A stretch of DNA of 64,000 nt from the human T2T-CHM13v2.0 reference genome, Homo sapiens, in NCBI RefSeq assembly GCF_009914755.1, contig NC_060938.1; one strand, given 5' to 3'. The notes beneath the pieces were generated by a model that saw only the letters and a program-made list of their open reading frames with translations, did not search any database and was not told where the DNA came from. How positions within the stretch are numbered: position 1 is the stretch's first letter; the number at the start of each line of letters is the position of its first letter. Shown here piece after piece: positions 29,351 through 45,537 of this stretch. The translations under genes and the position numbers were made by a program.

Positions 29351-30949
29351 ATGAGATGGGTTAAATAAATTATCCTATAGTCACATGATGGAAAACATAG
29401 CAATGATGAAAATACGAAACAATATTGTGGAAAAATGTATGATAATATCAAACGACGTTCATGACATGTTATGGTAAAAAATAAGACTACACAATTTGAG
29501 CCCATTTTTGTAAATCAAAAAAAAAAACAAAACAAAACCACCTATATGGTGAACAACAACAACAACAAACCTGAAAGTTTACACCTCAAATCACAACAAT
29601 AGTTACATGGGCAGGCGGGAAGTATTGTGCATGATTTCTATTTTCTTTCTTTTGATTATCTTTGTTTCTAAATTTTGTACACCGAGCACAGTTCATTTTT
29701 GAACATGGTTTTTTAAAAAGTGCTTTTAGTCTTAGCATTTTCTCTGATTCTTGCAAGGACCTTATGAGGGACTCAGCAGTTCTTGTTACACTTAATGTCC
29801 TATGGAGAAACTGAACCCCGCAGAGAGGGGTCAGGGAAAGGTACTTCCTTCCCATGCCATGATCAGAAGTTGAAAGAGAACTTGTTCAAATAAGAGTGGC
29901 AGCATTCCTTTCTCTCCTTGAGACCAAGCTCCATCCAGGACGTCTGGAGAGCAAACTGAGTAGATGTGAGTATCCATGATAAATTACCAAAGATGTCATG
30001 GGAGAAACCATATAAATCTCTTGGTTATTTTTAGCACCCTCTGTTTCCACTGACTAACTCCACAGGACCTTAGGCAGCTTCCCAGGGACACTATTTTGTT
30101 ACTTATTTATAATTTATTTTACATTTATGTTGTATTTTTATAAGATTTTCAAACATACAAAAGTAGAGAGAAGAGTAAGCTGCCCTGAGCCCAGCACCCA
30201 GCTTCAACAACCATCAAAATTTTGCCATGCCAGCTTTATCCCTACCTTACCCTCAGTTTCCCCTAGAGTATTTCAAAGCAAATTGCAAACTTGATGTCAT
30301 TGCACTCATAAATACTTCCATGTGCATCTCAAAAAAGAGGGGAGTGTGTGGATATTTTCTTATTTAACCTCGATGTTATTATCACATCTAACAAAATTAA
30401 TTATAATTCCCTAATATGGCCTGGTACTGAGTCCATAGTCAAATTTCTACTGGGGCCTTATTTGGGCTCACCTCATTGTCATAAACATCCAGCATTAAAC
30501 CACGAAGGGGGTGGCGCTTCCCAAATCTCTGAGAGGTTTGTCTTGCTGACATTGCTCTTTCCTGGGGCATGGGGTTGAGTGATGGGTCTGTGATTGGAGA
30601 AAGGGCAGGTAGAAGATAGATGCTGCACAATTTGTAGAAAGAGAACTTCAAGAGAATGCTCTGACTCTGCTGTGTGACTTGAGCATGCTACTTATACTCT
30701 CTGTGCTGCTATTTCTGCTTCTACGAAGTGTGGAAAATAACCAAAGCCAGTGATTTACCTGTTTATCCACAGGCCCTTTTCCTGCCTTTCCCCATCATGT
30801 CTAGAGGGCAGCTTGAGGACCAGAGCTGTGCCCTGAGGACAGCCCTGGGAAGGGATGTGGAAGATCGGGGTTCTCGCTGATGTTGTTGGTCCGCTGAGCT
30901 TACCGACCCTGGGACCACCTGCCTTGGACTTCCTGTTTTGAGGTGCAAA

Positions 30950-31861
30950 TGTGTTCTCCAATGGAAAAGAGTCAAAATCTGTAAAATGTTAGGTTTATTC
31001 TGAGCCAAATATGAGTGCCTGGGGCCCAAGACACAGAGTTAAGAGGTCCTGACAACATTTGCCCAAGGTTATTGGGTTACAGCTTGATTTTATACATTTT
31101 AGGGGGACAGAAATTACAGGCAGACATCAATCAATGCATGTAAGGTGTACATTGGTTCAGTTCAGAAAAGCAGGACAACTTGAAGCAGGGTGGGCAAGAC
31201 GGTGGGCTTCCAGGCAGATTCCAGGTGGATTCAAAGGTTTCCCGATTGGCAGCTGGTTGAAGAAGTTGTTATTTAAAGACCTGGAATAAATAGAAAGGAG
31301 TGTCTGGGTTGATATAAGGGGTTGTGGAGAAAAGGTTTTAATTATGTAGATGAAGCCTCCAGGTAGCAGGCTTCAGAGAGAAATAGATGGTAAATGTCTC
31401 TTATCAGACTTTAAAATGTGTCAAACTCTTAGTTAAATCTCTCCCAGATCAGGAAAAGACCTGGAAAGGGAAGGAGATTCTCTAAAGAATGTAGATTTTC
31501 TGCTAAGAGACAGCTTTGTAAAGCTATTTTAAAATGCGTCAAATAAATGCTTTTTGGGGTAAAATACTTTGATTTTTTTCAGGGGCTGCTATTTGTCATG
31601 TGATGCTATACTAGAGCCAGGTTGGAATTTAGTATCTTTTTGGTACAAGGAGTCTGTTTTGTCAACCTTAAGATCTGTTAATGTTAATGCTGATCAGTTG
31701 TGCCTGAATTCCAAAAGGAGGAGGGTATAATGAGGTATGTCTGACTCCCACTTTCCATCATGGCCTAAACTAGTTTTTCAGGCTTATTTTGGAATGCCCT
31801 TGTCCAAGAGGAGGGATTCATTCAGTCATTTGGTGGGCTTAGAATTTTATTTTGGTTGGCA
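30950..31861 (-). mobile_element. MER4-family ERV1 LTR
   Basis: aaaagagtcaaaatctgtaaaat...tttattctgagccaaatatgagt; gggcttagaattttattttggtt. Confidence 0.8.
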
Positions 31862-32226
31862 GTTCGCAGTTTAGCTAATCCAATGGAGGGCTTGGGTTAT
31901 TACTTGCAGCCAAATGCATTTGATGCATTCATTGAGGTAAGAGACTTTCAAACTCTATTAAGGTGGCCTCAAGCGGCTTAACCAGTAAGAGGGTCTCCCC
32001 TTCTCCCTTTCCCTAGACTTCATATTCATGTTTATATCAGCAGTCTGTGTGAGACTGAAGAAAGGGTGCTTTTGCTTACAAACAGAGCAGCAATGCAGCT
32101 TGAGAGCCGTTGACAGGAGACAAGCAGATGCCACCCCTAGGAGTGAAGAGCACCCAGGGCAGTGTGGGTAGGCAGAAAAGTGACTTCTCACACAGGTGTG
32201 GCCAGACTGTCACTCAAAGAATCTCT

Positions 32227-33306
<1,080 letters not shown>

Positions 33307-33398
33307 GTGCCTATACTTGTAAAATTAAGTTGTTGTGATTCCATGGGTAAATCAAGGCAAAGACAGGCCCTGGCCCCTGAAATTATCAGAGTCAACTA

Positions 33399-34507
<1,109 letters not shown>

Positions 34508-35330
34508 GCCAGGAGAGTACTTGGGGCTTGTCCTGGCTCTTCCCACTGGGCCACCTTGGTGTTTCCCAGAAGAAGGTGCTGGACAGCCAGCAGCCATCAC
34601 CCAGGCATTGTGGGTATCTGGGGCCCGCAGGAGCCATGTGCCTGAGGATTCTCCTTGCCCAGGAACAGGGGACATGCAGGGTGAGGCTCCTCACCAAACC
34701 CCGACCAACTCTACTTTATGACTTGCTCCAACAGTGTTCTCTGACCATTTTACAGAAGGAAAGACTGAGGCTCAGAGAGCTTCTGCGTTATTCAAGGACA
34801 CACAGCTGCTACGTGGCAGAGCTGGTGCAGAGTCGAGGTGTGCTGGCATCTAAAGATGATGTTTCCACTGTAAGTGCTGCCCCTAGGTATCTGGCTTTGT
34901 CAGTCTGGAGCAATTGCTTTAATTGGAGAGTTTAAGACAACAACAATAACAACAACAGCAACCTATAATTCATTGAGAAAAACTGAACTGCTGTAAGAAT
35001 TAAATGTCTCCTTGTTTATACATGCTTTGAGAAAGAGCCCCCTTGTGTGTGAATATGATGTAGCAAATTACAAAGTCATAACTGATGCAAAGTAATAACT
35101 AAAGTATGATTCTGTGGCTCACCATGAATTTCTTAACCAGAGTTCATTAGCATATTTATTTATACATTCATTCCATGAGTATTTACGGAGTACCAACTGT
35201 ATACTAGACACCATGCTAGACGCTGGGATTACAAAGATCAAAGCACAATTCTTGCTTTCAAATAGGCCTTATGGTGGGAAGACAGATCTGTGAGCAGATA
35301 ATCCTAGCAGGGTCTGATATACATGAAGAG

Positions 35331-35447
35331 TAGTGTGGTCCTATAGGACAGCCTCATTTTATGGCTGTTGTGGAGTTTATCATTAATAGCAATATTTTTT
35401 TCCTCTCAAAAGTGTCCTCGTTTGGTTGTTAATTATATGGTCACTTT
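35331..35447. mobile_element. MER94-like hAT MITE
   Basis: ctctcaaaagtgtcctcgtttgg...aattatatggtcac; degenerate TAGGGTGACC-like termini. Confidence 0.5.
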
Positions 35448-35579
35448 AACAATGAAAGAAGCATGCACCAAGTCCAGTGGCAAAAAAAAGGCAACGATTC
35501 TTTTCATGTCCTCCTGTGAGCTTTCACACAACACTGGGCTGGGCTGCCCTGTGCAAATGCCAGAGAAGCCACCGTCTGA

Positions 35580-35955
<376 letters not shown>

Positions 35956-35987
35956 TAGGCATTGCCCATAGTTCATAGAGTCGAATG

Positions 35988-36150
35988 CTACATTTCATTG
36001 AAACTAAGATGATATTGATTGTAAGATGCATTATTATTTTATATACAAGCAGGAAAGAAAAAAATGCTGCCAGTTGTAAGTTGCCACTGATGGTTAAAAA
36101 AATTAGTTTCCAAGATGCTAACATGTGAAAAATAGGTGTCTTAGAACCTA
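35988..36150. mobile_element. MER104-like Tc2 DNA transposon remnant
   Basis: atttcattgaaactaagatg...gattgtaagatgca...tgtgaaaaataggtgtcttagaa. Confidence 0.5.
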
Positions 36151-37029
36151 TTGTGAAGTGAAGTGGTTCTATTGCGAAGTGAAGAATAGGTCTTAGAACC
36201 TATTGTGAAGTGAAGCTTGTTATGGAAATGGCAGTCCCCGACACCTCTCATCACCACTTCCAGGTCCCCAGAGAAAAGCACTTTGAACTATTCTGGCTGA
36301 TTTTCCATCCATTGGTTGGTATCTGTTGTCCATATCGTTAATTTCATGTGTATGTTGCTAATTCTTGATTTTTCCATTTCAGATGTTATCTGTTGACTTC
36401 TCCACGAGGAACATGAGGCTCTCTCTCTCTCTCTCTCATGCCTGTTCTCAGGTACATCTGCCACCCCACCCGACCTCGGCATGCTTCTCGTTCTTCTCAG
36501 TCTCTCAACAGAATTCCGTGATTATTGTGGTTATATCGTCATTCAGGCTCTACATTATTATGACTATGTTTGGCTATTTACAGCTGAATATAGAATAGTG
36601 TAGAAATAAATAGACTATAGAATAAAATAGAATGCTATAACTGTTTTCTTTTACTGCATAACACATTATTTTCCCTAAAATTAATAGCTCTTGATTTTGT
36701 TTTAATTTCAGAGTGCTTCTTTGTACTTAATCGGTAATGTGTCCCTAAGCTTCTTTTAATATGTTTGAATACATCGGATATTACATCAGTTTAACCTTCC
36801 TCTTGAAGCTTCTGGAGCCTTCTGTGTTGCTCCAGCCTGCACCAGTTGCTGTCCAGGTCTACTGGGCAGCCATTTTCCTGGGTCTCCTTTCACCAGCATC
36901 GCGGGCAGCTCCTTCACCCCCTCTGCTGTGTTGGGATGCTGGCTCCCTGGATCTCACCTCTTCCTCTTTCTTGCTAACTCTGTTGCTTTAGTGGAGCATA
37001 GTTTCCTGAGAAGGGATGCATAGGCGGTA

Positions 37030-37840
37030 TGATAGTTATATACTACCGCCTGACAAATTACCCCGAAAGGTAGTGGCTTAAAACTACAAATCTGTGTAAT
37101 CTCAGAAAGTTTCTGCACTTTAGGTTGTGGATCAGAGTCTCTCATGCGGTTGCAGTAAAGCTGCCAGCCAGAGCTGCAGTCAGCAGAAGGCTTGACATGG
37201 GGCTGAGGATATGTTTCCAAGATGGTCACTCATATGGCTGTTGACGGGAGATCTTCATTATTTGCTGGCTGTTGGTAGAAATTCTCTCAGTTTCTCATCA
37301 CAGCAACCTTTCCTCGAGGCTGCTTGAGTGGTCTCACAACATGGCAGCTGGCTTCTCCCAGAGTTAGTTTTTGCTGCATCACAAGCTGAATTCGTTTCCT
37401 AGGCCCGCCATAACAGAGTACGACAAACTGGGTGGCTTAAAACAACAAGAATTAATTTTCTCACAGTTCTTGAGGCCAGAAGTCCAAAATCAAGGTGTCA
37501 GCAGGGTTGGTTCCTCCTGGAGCCTTTGAGGAAGAATCTGTTCCATGCCTCTGTCCTAGCTTGTGGCAGCTACTGGCAATCCCTGGCACTCCTTTGTTTG
37601 GAGAGGCACCACTCCTCCATCTTCACAAGGAGCTCTTCACTATGTTTCTTCTGTATCTATGTTTAAATTTCTCTTCTTATATGGACACCAATTGTTGAAT
37701 TAGGCCCTACTCTAGTCCAGTATGATCTTAACCTGATTACCGCTGCAGAGACCCTGCTTCTAAATAAGGTCACATGCAAAGGTACCAGGTATTAGGGCTT
37801 GAATATATCTTTTGGGGAACACAATTCTGGCCAGTACATC
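37030..37840 (-). mobile_element. Adjacent MLT1 LTRs (E/F-like, then C-like)
   Basis: tagtggcttaaaact...; caaactgggtggcttaaaacaac...gaagtccaaaatcaaggtgtcagcaggg. Confidence 0.7.
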
Positions 37841-39474
37841 TACCACAAGGGGTTTTTGTAAAGATTAAATTAAATACTATATGTTGGCAATTATTATTAC
37901 TATCATCTTCTTACCACTGTGAGAATATTAATTTTTGTTTTTGTTTTTGTTTCTTTGTATAGTCGTTCTTCTATATAGTTCTTGTATAGTCTTTCACCCT
38001 CCCTGTATAGTCCTTGTTTTCTCCCACTTACTTTATCTGTTTGTTTTGGCCTCTGTTAAATGTCTGGTGACCACTGTCTGGCCACTCACACCTAAGAGTG
38101 GGGACTGACAAGCTGGTTGGTGCTTAGTGTTCAGGAATAGATCTTGTCCAAGGCAGGCTTTGCTTTGATTGGCCAAGTATTTCATCCAGGAACCCTGATA
38201 TCTGTACCTACAGATATTTTCTTTCCAGCTTCTCAGATTCCCTATCCCTTACCTGGAAAAGGTTAATGCTAGTGGCCAGGATGCTCGGAGCCAGGCAGGC
38301 ATAAAATCCAGGGATCTCTACCTTCACTATGCAAATTTTACCGAATTTGTCCTCGTGTTCTCCCTGGTGTCCCCAGTCCTACAACCTTCTATTTCATCCT
38401 CTTTGGAGAATAAACCTCCAGCCTTCTGTAAAGGTGGGGAAGATGGATCCCTCCTCCTCTTTTATAAATGCTGTCTTTATCCCACTTTCTAAAGTATCTG
38501 TGGTTGCCAGTGTTTCAGTCTTTGGGAAGGTCATTAGAATAAATTGGGTTGTTTCTTGGCTTTCTCTACTGCTGACGAAGGATTCCACTTTCTCGGATCT
38601 GCTAAATCAGTTAGCCCTCCTCCATCAACTTTTCAGATTCCAAACATTTGCTGCTTGTGCTTCCTTCTACGTTCTCTTTGTTTTTTGGGGGGTACAGCCT
38701 GGACAAAGGCTTAGAGGTTGAATGGCATAAAAACAGTGGCTTGTAATATGTGCTTAACATTGTTTAAGTACATCACATCTGTTTGCTCACTGAATCCCTA
38801 CTCACTCCTATGGGAAAATGGGGACACAAAAGAACAAAAGAGGCAAACTAACTTGCATCAAGTGGCACAGTTAGGAAGAGGTCGCACCAGGATTGGAAGC
38901 CAGACAGCTTGGCTTGAAAGTCCACATTCTTAGCACCCTACCCCACTGCCACATGAAGTGTAGTCTACACAGGGGAGGAAGTCACTTCCTGGGGCCAAAA
39001 TGTCTTCAAGAATGGACACTGTTTTAACGTGTAGAATATCCTTGTAGATAATATTTTCAAGACAAACATAAGTACAGGGAACATCCTCATGAACTTTCAG
39101 GTTACTCTTAGGAGTCTCACGAACAAAAGAACTCTTGTGTCCTGTGTGTCCCTCCAGGCTGAGATGTCAGTTCCTCGCATGAATGCTTTGGACTCAGCTG
39201 TGGGTGGGGACAGCCCTGCCCACCACTTCTCTGCAAGATGTGCAAGATTTACTCTTGGAGGCAAAGTGCCATCTTACCCACATGGCTCTCTTGGTTCCTT
39301 AGTGGTGGGGACTGTTTCCTCTATCTCCCTAGCCCCTAGCACAGTGCTTGACACACAGTAGGTGCTCCACAGATATTTGTTGAATGCATAGATTAATGGC
39401 GCTCCCTCCCCATCTCTTCTCTCCACTGGTGATCCCATAACCAGGCTGACTGCCCCCACTACAAGACCTCTTCT

Positions 39475-39872
39475 CATATGGTTTAGATTTGTGAACCTGC
39501 CCAAATCTCACGTTGAATGGTCATCCCGAGTGTTGGAGGAGGTGCCTGGTGGGAAGTGATTGGATCATGGGGACATTTTCTAACGGCTTAGCACCATCTC
39601 CCTAGTGCTGTGTTGTGATAGAGTTATCCTGAGATCTGCTTGTCTAAAAGTGTGTAGCACCTACCTCTGCGCCCCTTTTCCTTCTTCTCCGGCCATGTGA
39701 AGATATGTCTGCTTCCCCTTTCCCTTCCTCCATGATTGTAAGTTTCCTGAGGCCTCCCCAGAAGCAGAAGTCTATACAGCCTGCAGCACCATGAGCCAAT
39801 TAAGCCTCTCTTCTTTATAAATTATCCAGCTTCAGGTATTTCTTTTTAATAGTGTGAGAATGGACTAGTACA
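39475..39872 (+). mobile_element. MSTB-like solo LTR
   Basis: atatggtttagatttgtg...ccaaatctca...; ends gagaatggactagtaca. Confidence 0.8.
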
Positions 39873-40788
39873 CCACCTGATGCACACACATACTCAGCTG
39901 TTACCCAGGACAGCCAAGCCAAATTGACTGGATCCTTAACCCGTTCCTTGGCTTCCAACCCTCTTGGCCTGGCCCCATTTCTGGCCCCCAGCTTGCTTCT
40001 TGGACATGAGGATGAAATGCAGCTTCTGCCTCTGAACGGCAGGCTCAGGTTTTAGCTCTCCCTGAGGCTAGTGGGGGATAGACTAGGTCTCATATTAAGG
40101 TACAGGCTGAGCCACTGTAACAAAGGGTCCCCAGATACAGTGGCTTATGTAAGATGAAGGTTTCTTCCTTTCTCATATAAGTCTGTAAATGCAGGCAGGC
40201 CTGGCAAACTATTGGTTTATCTTGAATGACTTGCTATAGTCAATGGCATGTGAGTGGAAGTGACAATGTTCCAGGAAAACCAGGCTGAAAGAGGCCTTGC
40301 AGGTTGCTGTTGCCCCTCCTGTTCTCCTGCTTTGCATCATAAGAAGCATCATCCCCAGTCAGCCTGCTGGTTCAAGGAAGGTGAGAGAAGTGGAGCAGAC
40401 GCAGACCAGAGCTGTAGCTCCAGCCACCCAGCTGAGCCCAGCCAGAACAGCAGACTCCCAGCCAGCCTGCAGACACAGTGGAATGAATGCTTCCTGTTTT
40501 CTGCCATGGAGATTTTGTTGTTATGACAGTGACAATCCAGGATGGGCAGGTGGTTCTGCTCCATGAAGTTGTCCATGGACCCAGGTTAGCATCCACCCCA
40601 CCAGCCTAACACATAGCTCCCATCTGTCTAAGGCAGTGGTTCCAGCCACTGGGAAGGGAAAAACCAAACAAGTATGGAGCATGTGGACTGACTTAAGGAA
40701 ATTGACAACACTTCTGCACATATCTCATAGGACTGAAGTTCATTACACAGCCACACCTAGCTGCAAGGAAGGTTGGGAAATACAGGCT

Positions 40789-41171
40789 TGTTCTGGGCTG
40801 AATTATGTCCCCCTCCAGATTCATATGTTGAAGTCCTGACCCCCAGCACCTCAGAATGTATTTGGAGACAGGATCCTTAAAGAGGTGATAAAGGTAAAAT
40901 GAGACCATTAGGTTGGGCCCTAATCCAATGACTGCTGTCCTTATAAGAAGAGGAGATTAAGACACAGACATGCACAGAGGGAAGACCGTATGAAGACACA
41001 GGGAGAAGGCGGCCACCCGCAAGCCAAGGAGAGAGGCCTCAGAAGAAACCAGCCCTGCCAACACCTTGATCTTGGACTTCCAGCCTCCAGAACTGTGATA
41101 AAATAAATCTTTGTTGTTTAAACCACCCAGTCTGGGGTACTTTGTTATGGCAGCATGAGCAAACTAATATA
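40789..41171 (+). mobile_element. MLT1B-like LTR within older MLT1J-like sequence (~40090-40790)
   Basis: tgttctgggctgaattatgtcccc...cttgatcttggacttccagcctccagaactgtga. Confidence 0.8.
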
Positions 41172-42347
41172 GCCTATCCCTTGGCAGCCACGTTCCCAAC
41201 TAAAACTAAAGAAAGAGAAGGGAAGAAGGGATAATGGGGGTGGCATCTGTCTCCCACAGATTCTCACTCGTGAACCTGAACTAGCACATCGCTTCCACCT
41301 TCCCAGTCTGGTAGGTCCCCAGCCCTTGTGATGTGGGAGCTCCAACGTGTACCTATTGGCTGCTTACCTAAATCAGAATTGTAATTCTCTACTTTTCATT
41401 GTATATATTTACAAACCTTCTAAGAGGTCCATAGGCTTCTCCAGGTTATGGTCAGGAATCTGTGGTGTGTTGTATCCTTCCTGGGCCATTGGCAGGCCAA
41501 GTGCTTCAGCATTGCTCACACTATCTTTAATTCAGTGCCAGAACTCCACTTACAGACGCCTTCATAATTCCACCTCCATTGTCTTGCAGCAGGATTGGGC
41601 AGAAAGTGAAGTTGAACTCTGATGCAGCTGCCACAGAGAGCCCAGCTGATCCCACTAGGGCTCTGGAGCTGGGATTGCCAGATGGGCGCTCCACATTGAG
41701 GCAGGGGCTTGGACCTTTGGCCCTCCACAGTGACAGGCCATAGAGGCGGATGTAGCATAAGTCAGTTTCCTTCCACTGAGGGCAGCTCCTGGGGAGGGGC
41801 CCCTTGGTGACCTGCTAGCAGTCAAAAGTCCCGGCAGCTGCAAGAATGAGTTCCTGTGCCCTGTGGTGGACTCCAGACACCATCGTAGCCACGCCAATTC
41901 CAGGTCTGACCGCCCTAGCTGACCTGTAATTTTCTTTGTGTTCTTCTCTGCACGCCTGTGCCGAGCTTTGGCCAATAGCTCCAAGAGACTTGCATGTAGA
42001 TACCTTGGAATTTTGAGGTGAGGTGGGGTGGGCTAGGATGAGTCTCTCTTTTGAAAAGCAGATCCCTCTAAGTTTCTTCCGAAAGGATTCCTGCTGTTTG
42101 GAGCAGGGTGTGGATGCTGATGAGGGAGTGTAACATCTCCGAGAAGATTGGCCGTGCTCGGGGGTGCTGAGTGATGAGTACAAACCTCATTCCATGCTCC
42201 CCCTCAGGGAGACTGGACATCTATGCACTGGGCTCAGGGAAGGAATGGGGCAACAGGCTGTCTGCCAGCCAGAGCAGTCTAGGCAGAGGCTTTTGCTCTC
42301 TTCTTGGGCATCCCAGACACTCTGGGCTCTGCCATTTACTTCCACTT

Positions 42348-43157
42348 GAAGGCATTCTTAACCATCGCTGTGCCATGGGCCCCTGAACATTATGCGCTAA
42401 AGCCTATGGATCCCTTCTCAGAGTAATAAGTGCATAAAATAAAATACAGAACTGGCCGGGTGTGGTGGCTCATCCCTATAATCCCAGCACTTTGGGAGAT
42501 TGAGGCAGGCGGATCACCCCAGATCAGGAGTTTGAGGCCAGCCTGGCCAACATGGTGAAACCCCATCTCTACTAAGAATACAAAAATTAGCCATGTGGTG
42601 GTAGGCACCTGCAGTCCCAGCCACTCAGGAGGCTGAGGCAGGAGAACCGCTGGAACCTGGGAGGCGGAGGTTGCAGTGAGCCGAGATCATGCCATTGCAC
42701 TCCAGCCTAGGTGACACAGTGAGACTCTGTCTCAAAAAATAAAATAAAATACAGAACTTACAAAAGGTAAGTGCATAAAGTAAAATAAAATACAGAAACT
42801 TACAAAAAAACCAATTTTATTGGAATAGGTATGTAAAAGTGTTGTATTTAAACATATTTATAATATAGAAACACATGTGCTTCTTTTTCAGGTCAACAAG
42901 ATAAGGCAGCAGGAATCCATATCTAACAGTAGCTAATATGATTGTAATATCAAAGTAGGGATGAACATAAATGGTATTCTGTGATATCTGTGACAATTAT
43001 AAGGGGATCTAAAAATATTTATGATGTTTCTTGGGTTCAGAGTACTACTGATACTACTGTGCTTTGTTGCCTATGAGATAGCTTTCCCTATCCAAGTTCA
43101 TAGACACCTCTGAATTCTATCTGCAGACCCCTTAGGGGTCTAGGTTCAGAACCCCTG
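42348..43157 (+). mobile_element. MER119-like hAT-Charlie remnant interrupted by an AluS (42454-42739)
   Basis: agcctatggatcccttctcaga...tgcataaaataaaataca; ends aggttcagaacccctg. Alu TSD taaaataaaatacagaact. Confidence 0.6.
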
Positions 43158-43369
43158 TTTAGTGAATTCTGAGCCAGAAGAAGCTGAGTCAGCCTTGGAG
43201 CCAGGAGCTGGACTTTGCAGCCAGCAGCATCTCCTTGCACCTCTCGGCAGCTGCAGGGCTGGTGACTGGCAGGAGCAGTCACTTGGCATGCCTTACCATA
43301 CGGCCTGGGATTGATAATTACTTGTGTATCCACCCATCCATCCCTCCATCTGTCCATCCATCCATGCAT

Positions 43370-43830
43370 GCATTCACTCAACAAATGTTTATAGAGCATG
43401 ACTCTGTGGGTTCCAGGCTGATGGAAGAGAAACACACAGAGAAATTACAGTCGAATATTGTGCTTAGAGAAACATGAACTGAGTGAGGCAGAAGCAAGGG
43501 TGGGGCTGGAGGGCACCCCAGGCAGAGGGGACAGAGTGTGCATGACCTGCAGGTGAGAAAGGGCCTGGTATGGCAGAGAAACAGCATGAGAATACAGTGT
43601 GGAAGTGGCGATTCTGGGGTAGATCATGAAGGGTGGTGCCAGTTAGGTTCGGGGGCACAGATTTCACCAGCCACTGAGGTTTTTAAACAAGGCAATGACA
43701 CACTCAGCTTTACAGAGGCAGGGGTACAGATTGGAGAGGGGAAACACTGGAGAGCGGAACACTAGTTAGGAACTTTGGAACGGGCCAGGCAGGAGATGAT
43801 GAGATCAGAACTTAGGTCTTGGCCAGTGAT
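43370..43830 (-). mobile_element. L2 remnant; source of the local duplication
   Basis: cattcactcaacaaatgtttatagagc; ccactgaggtttttaaacaagg. Confidence 0.6.
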
Positions 43831-45246
43831 GGAATTCATGACCTCTAGGTCATGGGGGGAACCAGGGAGACTCCCCAGCTCTCTGAATTGGAAACTGGAG
43901 GCTGCTCACATCAGTAATCCAGACTCGGGACATGGGGACAGAGTAGGGAAGGGAAGGAGATAATGCATTTGGCTTTATGCAAACCCCTGTAGTATGCTGT
44001 GTGGCCATGTTGGGTTGGGAGCAGCCTCCCTGGGACTGGAGATTCAGGAATCATCCCTGAGTTTGAGTCTCATTTCCCTGAGGAGGGGAAGGAGGGGCAG
44101 CAAGTTGCCATGGGCCCCTTCCTTGATGTGCCTCTCAGTCCTGACCAATGTGTGGACAGGGCTGCAGATGGTTATGCCAAGCATCCGCTGGGTAGGATGC
44201 TGAGTGTGAGTGGCTCATGGGGTGACATGCAGAGCAGAGCACAGCTCAGCTGTGAGTTATGGTCAGAGTTGGCCAAGCAGAATGTCATGCCGGTGCCGAA
44301 GGAATGTCCCGTGTTTACCGGGAACATGGGAGATAATGGCCTCATGAGTACGTAAGAGAGCACAGACAGCGCAGTGACGAATCCTGCTTAGCTGCGTCCC
44401 CAAGGATGACCAGCTGGACCGTGCGGCAGATGGGGGCCATGGAAGGCATTTGAGCAGCGAGAAGGCCAGTCATACTTGTGCTTTGGAAAGATCTCCATGG
44501 ATAGTTACACATAGAAGGTGAATTGAGCTGGTCTGGTCCCGAGGAGAAGGGAACAGATGTTTGACCACTATGAACCTTATGGTACATCTTGCCTGGAGCC
44601 AAAACTGAGACAGGTTGAGCCGCAAGGAACAAAGATACAAATAGATCTGCTGTGGAGGGGACTTGACTGTTTCCCAAGAAGTCCCTTGGGACTGCTCTTT
44701 GCTGGAACAGGTGCAAATCCAAGGAATTAAAAGGAGGTGGTGGCTTGTGGGTTGAGTCAGCATTAATGCCAGTGAAATACAGCCTTTGAAGTCACTCAGT
44801 TGATCTTGCATCTTGAAAGCTCCTATAAAACCAGAAAATTAATGGCAAATCATCTAAAAACAGCTCAGTAGCTCTCAGAGCTTTGTGTCAGCCTTGTCCT
44901 CCGGAAGCCAAGCTGTAGCTGTGGTAGTGACCACTGATGCATGGGCTCAGCTTTCCAGAAGCAGGGAGCGGTGCAGGAACATTGCTCCTTCAGTGGCCCC
45001 TGCTCCGCTGCGTGGTTGATGTATTTCTCAGGTCTTCCTCATAGGGGCGACTGAATGTGTTTGTGCCGCAGATTAAGTGTCTTTCTCCAGGGAGTTTGTC
45101 CTCTGGCACTGGCAGACGCATCGCCTGCTGAGAGAGGAAGTGTGTTTGGGCCAACTTCAGGAGGAGCTTTGGAATCTGCTGGGCTCCTCATTTCATAACA
45201 AGCCCGAGCTTCTCTGGGTTTCAGTTGGGGGGGCACTGCCAATAGG

Positions 45247-45537
45247 GAAAAACAGACAGACAGAGAGAGACCCAAGAAGGAAAGAGACAGAGACACAGAG
45301 AAGCAAGGGTGGGGGCTAGAGGGCACCCCAGGCAGAGGGGACAGCTTGTGCATGACCTGAAGGTGAGAAAGGGCCTGGTATGGCAGAGAAACAGTGTGAG
45401 AATACAGTGTGGAAGTGATGAGTCTAGGGGGGATCATGAAGGGTGGTGCAAGTCAAGTTCAGGGACACTGATTTCATCAGCCACTGAGGTTTTCAAACAA
45501 GGCAATGACTCGCTCAGCTTTACAGAGGCAGGGGTAC
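45247..45537. repeat. Composite local duplication: inverted copy of 46179-46237 plus direct copy of 43490-43727
   Basis: Inverted part matches 56/59. Direct part is about 90% identical (about 22 substitutions and 1 indel, manual count). AGAAGCA is shared at the junction. Confidence 0.9.

Noticed and set aside
43999-44722. CpG-containing ORFs 43999-44355 (+) and 44342-44722 (-); the first also ends in TAC|GTAAG
   Set aside because: No convincing acceptor, non-ATG starts and no domain. It also shows that a stop inside a donor can arise by chance, which tempers the 47122 candidate.
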